DNA of 59,450 nucleotides, filler included, from Catajapyx aquilonaris (taxonomy: Eukaryota): assembly GCA_000934665.2 (NCBI GenBank). It is 4 parts of 4 records of this genome, joined end to end, with 100 filler letters (N's around TTAATTAATTAA, not from the genome) between each part and the next. Parts side by side here need not be neighbours in the genome. Positions count along the whole stretch, not along the records: positions 29,763 to 44,584 come from JYFJ02007693.1; positions 44,685 to 59,450 come from JYFJ02007694.1; 2 more parts are not named here. One strand, 5' to 3'. The notes beneath the pieces are model-generated. The model saw nothing but the letters and a program-made list of their open reading frames with translations, had not been told where the DNA came from and did not search any database. The position numbers were made by a program, and so were the translations under genes. Position 1 is the stretch's first letter; every line of letters starts with the position of its first letter. Below, in pieces: positions 39,001 through 49,400 of this stretch.

Positions 39001-41223
39001 AGGGCACAACAAGCTACACAAAAATAACAACTTCAGGCGATATCAGTGATAACTAGAAACGACAGATGAAACTGGAGCACCCTGGATCACTCGATATTTA
39101 GGACTTGCGAAAAGTGAACTGCAATCACTGAGATAGTGAACAGCCTCTTGATGCCATTATCACCTGATCTCCTCACAACCACCAATAACCGCCTAATGCA
39201 GTGGAGTGGCGGAGACTCCCTGCGCAGGATATGACCTTTTACAATAGTGGCATTGCAAACCTTGTCAGACAGTGCTAATGTTAAACAGGTGTCAATGTTT
39301 GTGGTTTTGGATGTGATATTAAAAAGCATATTCTGCATCCCAGTTTGGGAATTAAAAGGAGCTTTTGAAATATGAATTATGCCACACAACATCATTTTCT
39401 GACATAATGCTGTGTCAATTTTTGTTTCATGTTTTAGCAGTCTGCATGATTCCACACAAATTATTCATCAAGAATAGTGCATGGCCACTTTGCAGTGAAC
39501 TTGGGGAGAAATGGGCAGTGTCACTCACCTTGTTGTGCAATTCAACAGCTTTGCAGTCATTCATAACATGCAACATCAAGTTCAAAAATTCATCTGTCCA
39601 TGACATTAGTACTTTAACCACAGGACTTCCTGGCTCCACAATTTTTGCTTTAGCGCAAAAAAAGGTCCATGCAAGGATTGCATAGCATATTGAAATGCAG
39701 TGGTTAATAGCCTGATATAATAAATAGAAAAATAACAATTAGTAAAACCAATGTATTTGTAGCAACCTAACACCATTTTAAAAACCTGTGGCTGGCAATC
39801 TTTACCTGCATTGGGAGATTACTTGTAGTTTGGAGGCTGCTGTTGATTAAGACAAATGTCTCTCTCCATATGTCATTTTCAACCATGTTGATATATGTGT
39901 ACAAGTGTGCAACTTTTGTGGAGACAGTGATCACAACAAAATCATCACATTGTCCTTTCTGTAAGAATGATTTCAGAATGAAATTATTAGCGTGTCCTAA
40001 TTTAAAAGGCATTTTTTTTTCTTTTTACAAATGTGTACGATGCAAAATCTCGATCCCAATATCACAGTAATTTATTTTCTAACTACAGTATACTAAGAGT
40101 GCACATGTTGGACACGTTCTTAACATGTAAAGAAAAGTAGAGTGACACCGGTCTAGTGGAATAGCTCCATGCATGGAAATTCCATAGTGAACATTTCTGA
40201 CTTAGACAAAAGTGCATTAAAATAATCTACTGGAATCAGACAAAATTTCATTTTGGCCAAGTGTCTGCTGTAAATAGGGTTCATTATAGGCAGGCCACTG
40301 TTAAATTTTCATTTAATTTAGCTACTTTTAAGAAAAAAAAGTATTGATCTTTCCTTCCAACCGAAACCAATAGTTCTCAGGGCATTACCTCAAACATCTG
40401 TAGTATTACACTTTATAATTGATAGTTAAGGAGGTTGACCCAGCATTGCCTTTCAACCTCCAAGGATGGGGAAGGAAGGAAGCGGCTGTGGCCTATTATA
40501 TGGAAGCGACCCCAGAATTATCCTAGAAAGACCGTGGAAAACCACAGAAAACCACGGTCAGGGTTGCCGGCCCCGGGATTAGAACCTAGGACCTCCCGAC
40601 GCCTTATCCACTATGCCAACCTGCTTCGGTGTGTAGTATTACACTGTATGAAGATGCTTAAACCTACCTTGTTGTGGTACTCCTTCCAACTTGCCTTCCA
40701 CTTCTTCACAAACTCCTGGACAATATTCTGTACACGAGTAAAACATATGGCTTCAGTAGCCTTGCCATTTGCAAGCATACCAAGGCTTGCTGCTGCAACT
40801 TGTATAACCTCCGAGTCCACATGTGTCTCCAAAATGTCTTTCAGTACTCTCAACACATCTTTGAGATAAATCTTCAGGCGCACAAAATTGTGGGTCAGGT
40901 CTAAATACTGGATTAATTCTATAATGTGAACCAGGTTCCCATGAACACTACCAAATTTCATCAAATCTGGCAATTGTGTGAAAAAATCCTCTGTTGCAAG
41001 GATTCTTTTCTTGATGATTTTGTCAACCACATCGGTGGTTGCACCCTGGAAGAGTTTTTAAATTCATGATAACATATACAGACATACAAAAAAATATTAC
41101 ATATGGCTAATGACTCCATTTGGATGAATTCAGGTTATTCAGATCTCAGATGTGGCAAGGTCCAGTCTTAACAACTACACTGTGCTGCCCTCCCCCTACC
41201 TGGCCATGACTGTGTGGTGATTG

Positions 41224-41274
<51 letters not shown>

Positions 41275-44200
41275 TCATACCCCATTATCAGCCGGTGGCT
41301 CTTTAGGGGGGGGGGGGGAGTTCATCCCAATTTTGCTTTGACTGGAACTCTTTGCTTTCATTTTTCCTTTGCTTTTTGGGATAGGATAGGGATGGAAGGA
41401 AGCGGCTGTGGCCTAATTATTTAGGAAGCAATCCCGGAATTCTCCTGGGGGGACTGTGGGAAACCACAGAAAACCACGCTTAGGATTGCCGGCCCCGGGA
41501 CTCGAACCCAGGACCTCCCGATTAGCAGTCGGACACCTTATCCACTCCACCAAACTGCTTCGGTGTGTGGTGATTGTATTGTCACACAAATCTTGGCAAG
41601 ATTATAAATATGTACCATAATGTAATACCATGTTTGCCAATAAACTAACTGGCACAAAAAGGTTGAGGTGGGAAGTACTTCATGAGAAAAAGTTAGGAAA
41701 TATATGTCTCAGTCTTCCTTTTATTCCTATGATACTGTGTCACACTTTCATCCATTCTTTTAGGAACAGTGATGAGTCATAATAATTATGACCCCCCAAA
41801 ACAGTGGAGGCAGCCCTTGACTGTTCTTGTCTGGTTCATAGAAAGTATTAAGACTTCATTCTGTTGCCATCAACTCTTACTGCTTTCCCCTATTTTTACT
41901 TTGCGCAGTAATAATAATTTATTATTATAATAACTGATTACCCTGCGATAGACCTGGAACCTCATAGTGCAGGGCTATTCAACTGGCGGACCGCGACGAT
42001 ATACAGGACAGTTTGAAATAGCATTGGAAATTACTAATTCATGATTTTTTTGAAAAAAGTGCTTCAAATCTCCCACATTCACCTAAGCTCGTGTGACCTT
42101 GAACCCCCACAAAAAATTTGGCCTGCGGCGGGCTGGCTCCCTGCCCTTTATGGCTTGTTCCCCTTGTGCATATGAAATGGGTGCCCCTCCGAAAAAAAAT
42201 CTGCCTACGCGCCTGTACAGGACTTCATAAAGGGCACTTGATTAATTGTTGCAGTGCTGATGGATATGTAATTGTGGGAGGGAACCCGAGGGAACCCTGA
42301 AAAACCCCTCGCAAACATGAAGAGAAGCCATCAATACTCTTTTCTTATGAGAAACCTCTAGGTCCAATCTGGGGGATTGAATGCATGACATAATATAGTA
42401 CACCTCCTATTCCAAAACAGTAGTTTCTGCCACATGCTAGCTTATGGTTTGGTTGCCACATGCTAGGCTAAGGGTCAAGCAGGTGGAAGGTGATAGGATT
42501 TATGCTGTAATGCCTGTCTACTTCTTTAGTGTTTTGCTAAGATCAGCCCTGTCTTCGCAATAAATGCCTGACTTCTGTGCATGTAACATTTACTTATGTG
42601 TAGGAAGAAAACAAAAAGTCAAATATTTCAAGAGAAGATCACCTAGTCAAGGTGGCATGGGCAGGAGATTGGTGCTCCACATGCATGACACTTACAGCAC
42701 GATTCATTCACAGGATAGTGTGTAATAGGCCCTGACCTGTTACACACTATCCTGGGAATGAATCGTGCAATAAGTGTCATGCATGTGGAGCACCAATTTC
42801 CTGCCATTGCCACCATGACTATGATAGTATCTATGCTGAATGGTACAAGTACGCATGATGAGCCTACCCCAAATAGTGTACACCAGGCTTTGGCAATTCA
42901 GGGTATGATCCACCTGTAAGTCGATCATTCAAAATAGTTACTAATTAAAACAAGTTTGTCCACTGACACATGAATGCATTAGCACTACAGATGTATTAAC
43001 TTATGGTACATAATATCACAACTGGTTAGGACATCCAAAAAAATTGGTCCAATTCACAAGAAATGCTTCATGTGCAAGTATTAATAATGGTTGCCTATAA
43101 ATGACACTGGTATGTTTTAAATGTGCAGTACTTACTTCTTTCCAATACTGTCCAATTGCAATCTGCTTCATGGATGTTGTCATTAGTTGACAAAGGAGTT
43201 CTATTTCTTCCGATTCCAGCTCCTCTTCAGTTTTTGTATCCTCCAAGAGTAATTTAGTCATGGTCCTCCAATCAGTTACCAAATCATGTACTCCAACTAG
43301 TGACTCCACAATTATGTCAAGGTTTCCAACCAACTATAAAAAAAGTTGTGTAAGTTTTTAAAACTATTACTGGTTATTAATATCCCATTTAAGTGATACC
43401 AAACTACGTGGGTTGTTTCATAAGTCATGGCGCGTATTTTTTAATTCAAAAACGGTAACACATACAGAGATGACCTTTGCTGAGTTTTGAAGATCCAGAG
43501 GTTACAATTTGATCTGGCATACAGATGTCGCCCATATCGGACGCGGGTCAGGGAAACAAGGGGGAATGTGACCCCCCCCCCGCACCATCGCCCTAAGACG
43601 ACCCGAGCTTGACGCACTTGGAGCTGTTGGACGTTGCATGCTGGACACTCGGAAATGGCCAACGCGGGAGCTTGATTTCGAGTGTGGGGCAAGTCAGAGC
43701 ACTATGGCCAGAGCCATGTGTTATCCATCGCCACAAAGAGTTTAAATATACCATCGCCCTCAATGCGATCGAGTTCCAAGGGAGGGCAAAATGGTGGCAC
43801 TTTTGCACCTCAAAGAGATGGCGAGGAACCAGTGAGGATGGCAACTTCCTGAGACCATTCAGTCTTTCAGAGTCCTAAGCATATTGCTCTGACTTGTCCC
43901 ACACTCGAAAACAAGCTCCCGTGTTGTCCATCTCCGAGTGTCCTGCATGCAACATTCAACAGCTCCAAGCACGTCAGGCTGCAGCCGTCTTAGTGCGATG
44001 GTGCAGTGGGGGGGGTCACATTCCCCCTTTGTTTCCCCATTCCCACACGCGATATAGGCAACATCTATAATTATGCCAGATCAAATTGTAATCGCCGGAT
44101 CTTCAAAACTCAGCAAAGGTCATCTCTGTATGTGTTACCGTTTTCGAATTTAAAAATACTTGCCATGACTTATGAAACAACCCATGTAGTTCCAATCCTT

Positions 44201-44584
44201 GCCTGCAGAAAATCAAATCTCAATACTGCCAAGATTTCTTATCCCAACAAAAATAATATACAATATTTGCACTCATTCAAGCTCTAAGAGAATTGATATG
44301 ATACACAAACTGAAGAAACTACAAGTTCATGGTTAAATATTTTAATATGAACATTTTAGCACAAGAAAGGAAAAGGATCATGCATTAGCTACTGAATCGC
44401 TCACCTTCTTTGAAATGATGTAAGACAGAAAATGTCTTAGGATCATAGTATTTGATGGCTTCTTCTTCCGTTTGCCTTGAGAGACTGTCACTTTACAGTC
44501 TTTCACCAGCTCATCCACAAGAAACTTTCCTGCTGTTGTGAATATGTCTCTCTTACTAGAGCCCAGCAAGAAGAGTAAACCACT
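36057..44584 (-). CDS. Divergent cohesin subunit SA/STAG (stromalin) family protein, 5'-partial
   Basis: Phase-consistent GT-AG exons: 44584-44405, 43333-43136, 41045-40668, 39958-39806, 39711-39529, 38810-38639, 38547-38420, 38335-38174, 37110-36917, 36831-36707, 36633-36588, 36496-36443, 36180-36057 (TGA). Colinear STAG-like motifs: TAGKFL (cf. AAGEFL), IVESL..VTDWRTMTKLLLED (cf. LVDSL..LKDWECMTELLLEE), TEDFFTQLPDL..IQYLDL..ETHVDSEVI, AKIFQHY, MKDGVTYA..IPFLDVLS. Confidence 0.85.
37900..38008. mobile_element. piggyBac-type element end (copy 2)
   Basis: Matches 30994-31100 and ends ggg|TTAA. Confidence 0.6.
40413..40631 (-). mobile_element. tRNA-derived SINE with an alternative 3' tail
   Basis: Head and core shared with 41227-41564. 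TSD tgtagtattacact at 40399-40412 and 40632-40645. Confidence 0.8.
41227..41564 (-). mobile_element. Full-length tRNA-derived SINE with (TTA)n tail
   Basis: Minus strand reads accgaagcagtt-TGGTGGAGTGG (A box)...GGTTCGAGTCCC (B box). TSD tgtgtggtgattgtat at 41211-41226 and 41564-41579. Confidence 0.9.
42646..42819. mobile_element. ~175-bp hairpin MITE in a STAG intron
   Basis: TA|gtcaaggtggca...ttggtgctccacatgcatgacactta / taagtgtcatgcatgtggagcaccaa...tgccaccatgac|TA, with a loop of a few nt. Confidence 0.7.
43407..44186. mobile_element. Palindromic TA-flanked MITE with ~300-bp arms (related copy at ~48742-49095)
   Basis: TA|cgtgggttgtttcataagtcatggc...gccatgacttatgaaacaacccatg|TA. The block aattcaaaaacggtaacacatacagagatgacctttgct is shared with ~48778-48816. 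Confidence 0.85.
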
Positions 44585-44684
44585 NNNNNNNNNNNNNNNN
44601 NNNNNNNNNNNNNNNNNNNNNNNNNNNNTTAATTAATTAANNNNNNNNNNNNNNNNNNNNNNNNNNNNNNNNNNNNNNNNNNNN
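44585..44684. other. Artificial contig spacer (N44-TTAATTAATTAA-N44)
   Basis: Exactly 100 nt, same design as the other two spacers. Confidence 0.98.
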
Positions 44685-45495
44685 GTTGCTCTAATGAGTG
44701 TCACTACCTTCAGGTGGAAGGACATCATTATCAGCCCACACCATCTACCTTAGGCTCAGAACTTATTGGACGACCCTCGTATGTGTATTTGGTACAATAA
44801 AACTGATTACAAACTTCAATGTCATTATATGGGGTCGCTAATGTAATCCCATTGTGTATGGAAATGTACCATTTTTGTCTCTTTAACACGTCGTAACTTT
44901 TCCAAATATAGGTTTCAGCCTGAGATATTTCATTTTTGGTTATCATATATTGTCCTGGGTTAGCATGTTCAGTTTCATCAGGATCCGTCATTATCACCTG
45001 AGGTATGTTCCATGTATCACATTTTCATCCAATTTTATTAGGAACAAATTGCACTAAAAATTATCGATGCCTAGAGCAAAATCAATCCTGGAAGAGCTCC
45101 TTCAGGGCTTATGATCCAAGTGATATGATTGTGTTGATTACATGATTGTAATACATTACCATCTTCCTTTGTCATATGATGTGGGGAATTGCATCAATGG
45201 ATTAGGGATCATATACATGACTTCCAAAAACTTGATGAACACAATTTTCTTCATGACTTATCTCTGACAGATCTATTGCTAGGAACTAGGATACAGATGT
45301 TAAATACAGATTCTAGTTGTTAGGCTATTTTGTTGGTTGTCTGCAACGGATGTGGTCACTTCTTGGATAATGTAGGTTGTGCTGCGTAGGTAGATGTATA
45401 GGTAGGTACTGTACTGCATGGATGTTGTATCATAAGAGCAGCCTTTAAAAAAAAAAATCCAGCCTGTTTTCATGAGTTCTTAAGAAGTTACTATA

Positions 45496-46067
45496 CAGGG
45501 TGTTTCCATGGGCCAAGCCCACATGAGAGGGTGGGGAAAGATCATAGGTGGCGACAACCCCGGTCAGTTTTATAGAACAATTAGAAATACGGCAGTAATC
45601 AATTTATTTATTATGGCCGTACAGCGTGACGTCACATCCTTTCTGTTCGAATTTACTGGCATGGACTGGCAGGTGCAGTAGTGGGCTGAACTTTGTTGAA
45701 CGGCATTTTAGCCTTGTGGGTTGCACTGTAAAAGGTGCTCTCACGCTATACCAGTACTGTACAAAGTAGAGTACTACTGTACAGTAGTGTGTACAGTACC
45801 CTGCCGGTATAGCAGGAGAGCGCCTTTTTCAGTGCAACCTGCAAGGCTAAAAATCCGTTCAACCAGGTTCAACCCACTACTGCACCTGCCAGTCTGCGTC
45901 GGTCAATTCGAAAAGAAAGGATGTGACGTCACGCCGCACGACCGTAATAAATAAATTGATTGCTGCCGTATTTGTAATTGTTTTATAAAACCGACAGGGG
46001 TTGTCGCCACCTACGATTTTTCCCCACCCCCTCGCACGCGCTTGACCCGTGACTCTGAAACACCCTG
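45496..46067. mobile_element. Palindromic Tc1/mariner-type MITE
   Basis: TA|cagggtgtttc...gaaacaccctg|TA with ~260-bp arms. Confidence 0.85.
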
Positions 46068-46458
46068 TATATGTTGTCATTAGTGTTGACTCTTTAATCA
46101 AGTCAGTGCCTCTGTGGTGCAGATTATAGAGAATGTTTTCCGAACATCGATTAATTTGATACCCCACCAAAAAGCAAAATGTGGGAGATGTATTATTGTT
46201 GGTTGCCAGTTGGCCAGGTGACATTAAAAAATGAGTTCGTGGAGCAAGAAGGTGTGTTGTGTTTAACAGAGCCATTTGAAGGCTAATAATACAGGTCCAT
46301 CTTGTCTTAACTCTATTATTACAGGCTGTGGCTAAATTACTGGGTGCTGGAAGAAGGTTTACACATGTGTGTGTAGTGCTTGATAAATTTTATTAGCAGT
46401 AACTATTATGTTTTCACTAATATATATTTTTGAGAGTATTTTACTTTGTCATTTTCAG

Positions 46459-49400
46459 TCCATTCGTGATGTACCGCCCCTCTCTAACCCCGAACCCTGC
46501 CCTTTAGATGAAGGGGTACATGGAGTAGGGGATGTAGGGTCTCCCTGGACAAATTTGGCAGGTCCCAAAGTTGTAGTGACTTCTGTGGGAGCATCATTTG
46601 AATCAACAATTGTCACTAGTGAAGACATTGGGCGAGGAGGGCGATCCCGTCTTCTCATCAGAGAGATAGACCCTCAGCTTTTTTCACCTTCTGCAAGAGC
46701 CTCAGGCACAGTCGATATGGTAGGCCTGGAGAATCTTGGGAACACATGCTACATCAACAGCATAGTTCAAGCTCTTTTCATGACGGATGGGTATGTATTG
46801 TTTGTATGTATTATGCAAGTACAGTAGAACCCCTATTATCCGTCACCCATGGGACTGGGCATGGTCAGATACCAAAAACAGACGGATAATCCGAAGATCA
46901 AAGAAAACCTACTGTACCTTGTTTTCTAGACTTACTGTACATTGCTCATTGTCACGTTATGCGTATATTTTGTAAACATGATTCCATATGAAGATGTTGG
47001 TATATCTACAATAGGGGCATCATAACTAATCCATAATAATCCCATACTAAGCCCTATAAGTCATTACTTACGCAGAAATTTATTTCAAAGTGTATGACTC
47101 TAACCTACATTAAGAGAGGTTTTTTGAAACTGTAAAAATGCCAATTACTCAATAACTGTAGGTGATAGAAAATATCGGTTAACATATTTGAAATCAGAAC
47201 AAAGAATACAATAAGAACCCCACATTTATGCACATGTGCAGGTAATATTTTAATTTTGTTGATCAGTGATACAAATGAAGTACTTTTTACAGTAAAAATG
47301 CAGATTACTCAAAAACTATAGGTGATAGAGTCAAAGGGTTAACAGATTTGAATTCGGGGCACAAAGTACTATAAGAATCGCATCATCATGTACTATATCG
47401 CCCAAAAAGATAGAGACGATTTTGCATTTGACTCAAGTGCAACTTGCACTTGAATCAAATGCCAATCGTCTCTATCTTTTTGAGCGATATAGTACATGTG
47501 CCAAAAAAAGTGCAATTTTGTCGATCAGTGTTACATATACATTGAAGGAAAATCCTTGCTGCCCTGAAATAATGATTACTCAAAAGCTGTGGGTGATAGA
47601 AAGTAATGGTTAACATTTTTGAGATCAGCGCAAAAATTACAATAAGAATTTCACATTGAAGTCCATGTGCCAGAAAACAAGTTCAATTTTGTTCCCTAGT
47701 GTAATCAGAGGTCAGATAATCAGGGTTCTACTGTATAGTTTGGTATTCTGTTCTTACCATTCACAAGCATATCTGGTTGCTCTTTTTTAAAAATCTCAAT
47801 GTACTAGTGTGTTATGGGTCTGTTGTATTACACATAGTGCAACCTTACCTTTCTAAAATTGCCAAGTTTCAAAATACAGTAGAACCCCTATTATCCCATC
47901 ACCCACAGGACCAGGGAATGGTGGGAACGCAAAAAAGGTCAGATAATCTGAGGAGCAAAGAAAACGTTAATGAAACGGATCAAAAAAGATGTAAAAACAA
48001 AATAATGTACAATATTAGGGTTTTATAAGAAATAGTGAAGTATTTGTTACATACACACTACTGTAGCCTACTGTTTTTAACATTTAACTGAGGCAGTACA
48101 AAACAAATGTGTAGTATGTACAGTATTTGATGAGAAAACTGATTAATTTCTGTATTTGGATGGTAGGATAATCAGGGTTCTACTGGATTCAAACTAGTAA
48201 GAGTAAGGTAATTTTCATGCATACACCATTCAGTTGTTATCACATATGCTTCTAGATCATGTCACATGGACTGCCACTAATCTCGCAAAATCAGTTGTTT
48301 TGTGAAGCTGGATATAATTTTAATCCAATCACTCTAATTTTGGGGCATATGGTTCAGGTGCGCATTTTCAAGTTGATTGCTAAATCTTCCAGATGTAGCT
48401 GAAGAAAGTCGTGCTTGGCCTTTTAAGTGTTTTCTGTGGGGGAACTTCTGGTTATATACAGGACTGCCAAAATTTTGACGTACAATAACAGCAAATGGCG
48501 TGTATAAAATGGGTGCCAATTGAGGTGTCCATTTCACTTTGTGACTTTTTCACGCTATGCAGCGTAATGTTTAGGGGTCACTTTTGAACCGTTACTTTTA
48601 GTGCAGCTATTTATCCCTGTACTGCACACATTTAGGATTCTGGGAAGAAAAACAAATTCTACGCCCTTATCTCATCATAGGCGACGTAAGGATGGTTTTT
48701 ATTATGTTTTGGTCATCTCTGACCCAATGACTTTGAAGTTACATGGGCTGGGTCAAAAGTCATGGCGAGTATTTTTTAATTCAAAAACGGTAACACATAC
48801 AGAGATGACCTTTGCTAAGTTTTGAAGGTCCGGCGATTACAATTTGATCTGCTATATAGATGGCATCCATATCGCAAGGGGGGCTAGAAAACTAAAGGTG
48901 ATCATAACCCCCACCATTCCACCGTCGCATGCAGCTCGGGGTGTGGGGGGTCACGATCCCCTTTCATTTACCGCCTCCACTTGAGATCTCGGAGCCACCT
49001 ATATTCCAGTCCCAAATTGTAATTGCCGGACCTTAAAAACGTAGTAATGGTCATATCTGTACATGCTACCGTTTTTGAATAAAAATACGCACAATAGCTT
49101 AGGACTCAAACCTCAAGCAATATTGTGCCTGCGCCGCCAAAAAATTGTGATGAAATTGTGCTGGCAAAATTAGAATGGCCGCAAATGGCGACGAGAGAGC
49201 TTCTCTGTGCAGTTTACACATGTAATTGGATATTTAATATCTGCACCAAATGCACCAACATTTGGACAAGTAAAGTATGTGTGTGGATTTTGTAATCTTT
49301 GTTGAACTGTATTTTAATGAATCCATATAATTAAAACGAGATTACGTGGCAACCGTGGCAACAATGCTTGATTGTTGTTGATTGTGACTAAATTACAACC

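Noticed and set aside
41490..41564. tRNA gene
   Set aside because: The A and B boxes belong to a SINE head with body, tail and TSD, and there is no closing acceptor stem.
44714..45002. Two exon-like segments (44714-44778, 44912-45002) as upstream USP exons
   Set aside because: The frame needed to join 46459 contains TAG and shows no USP38-like sequence.
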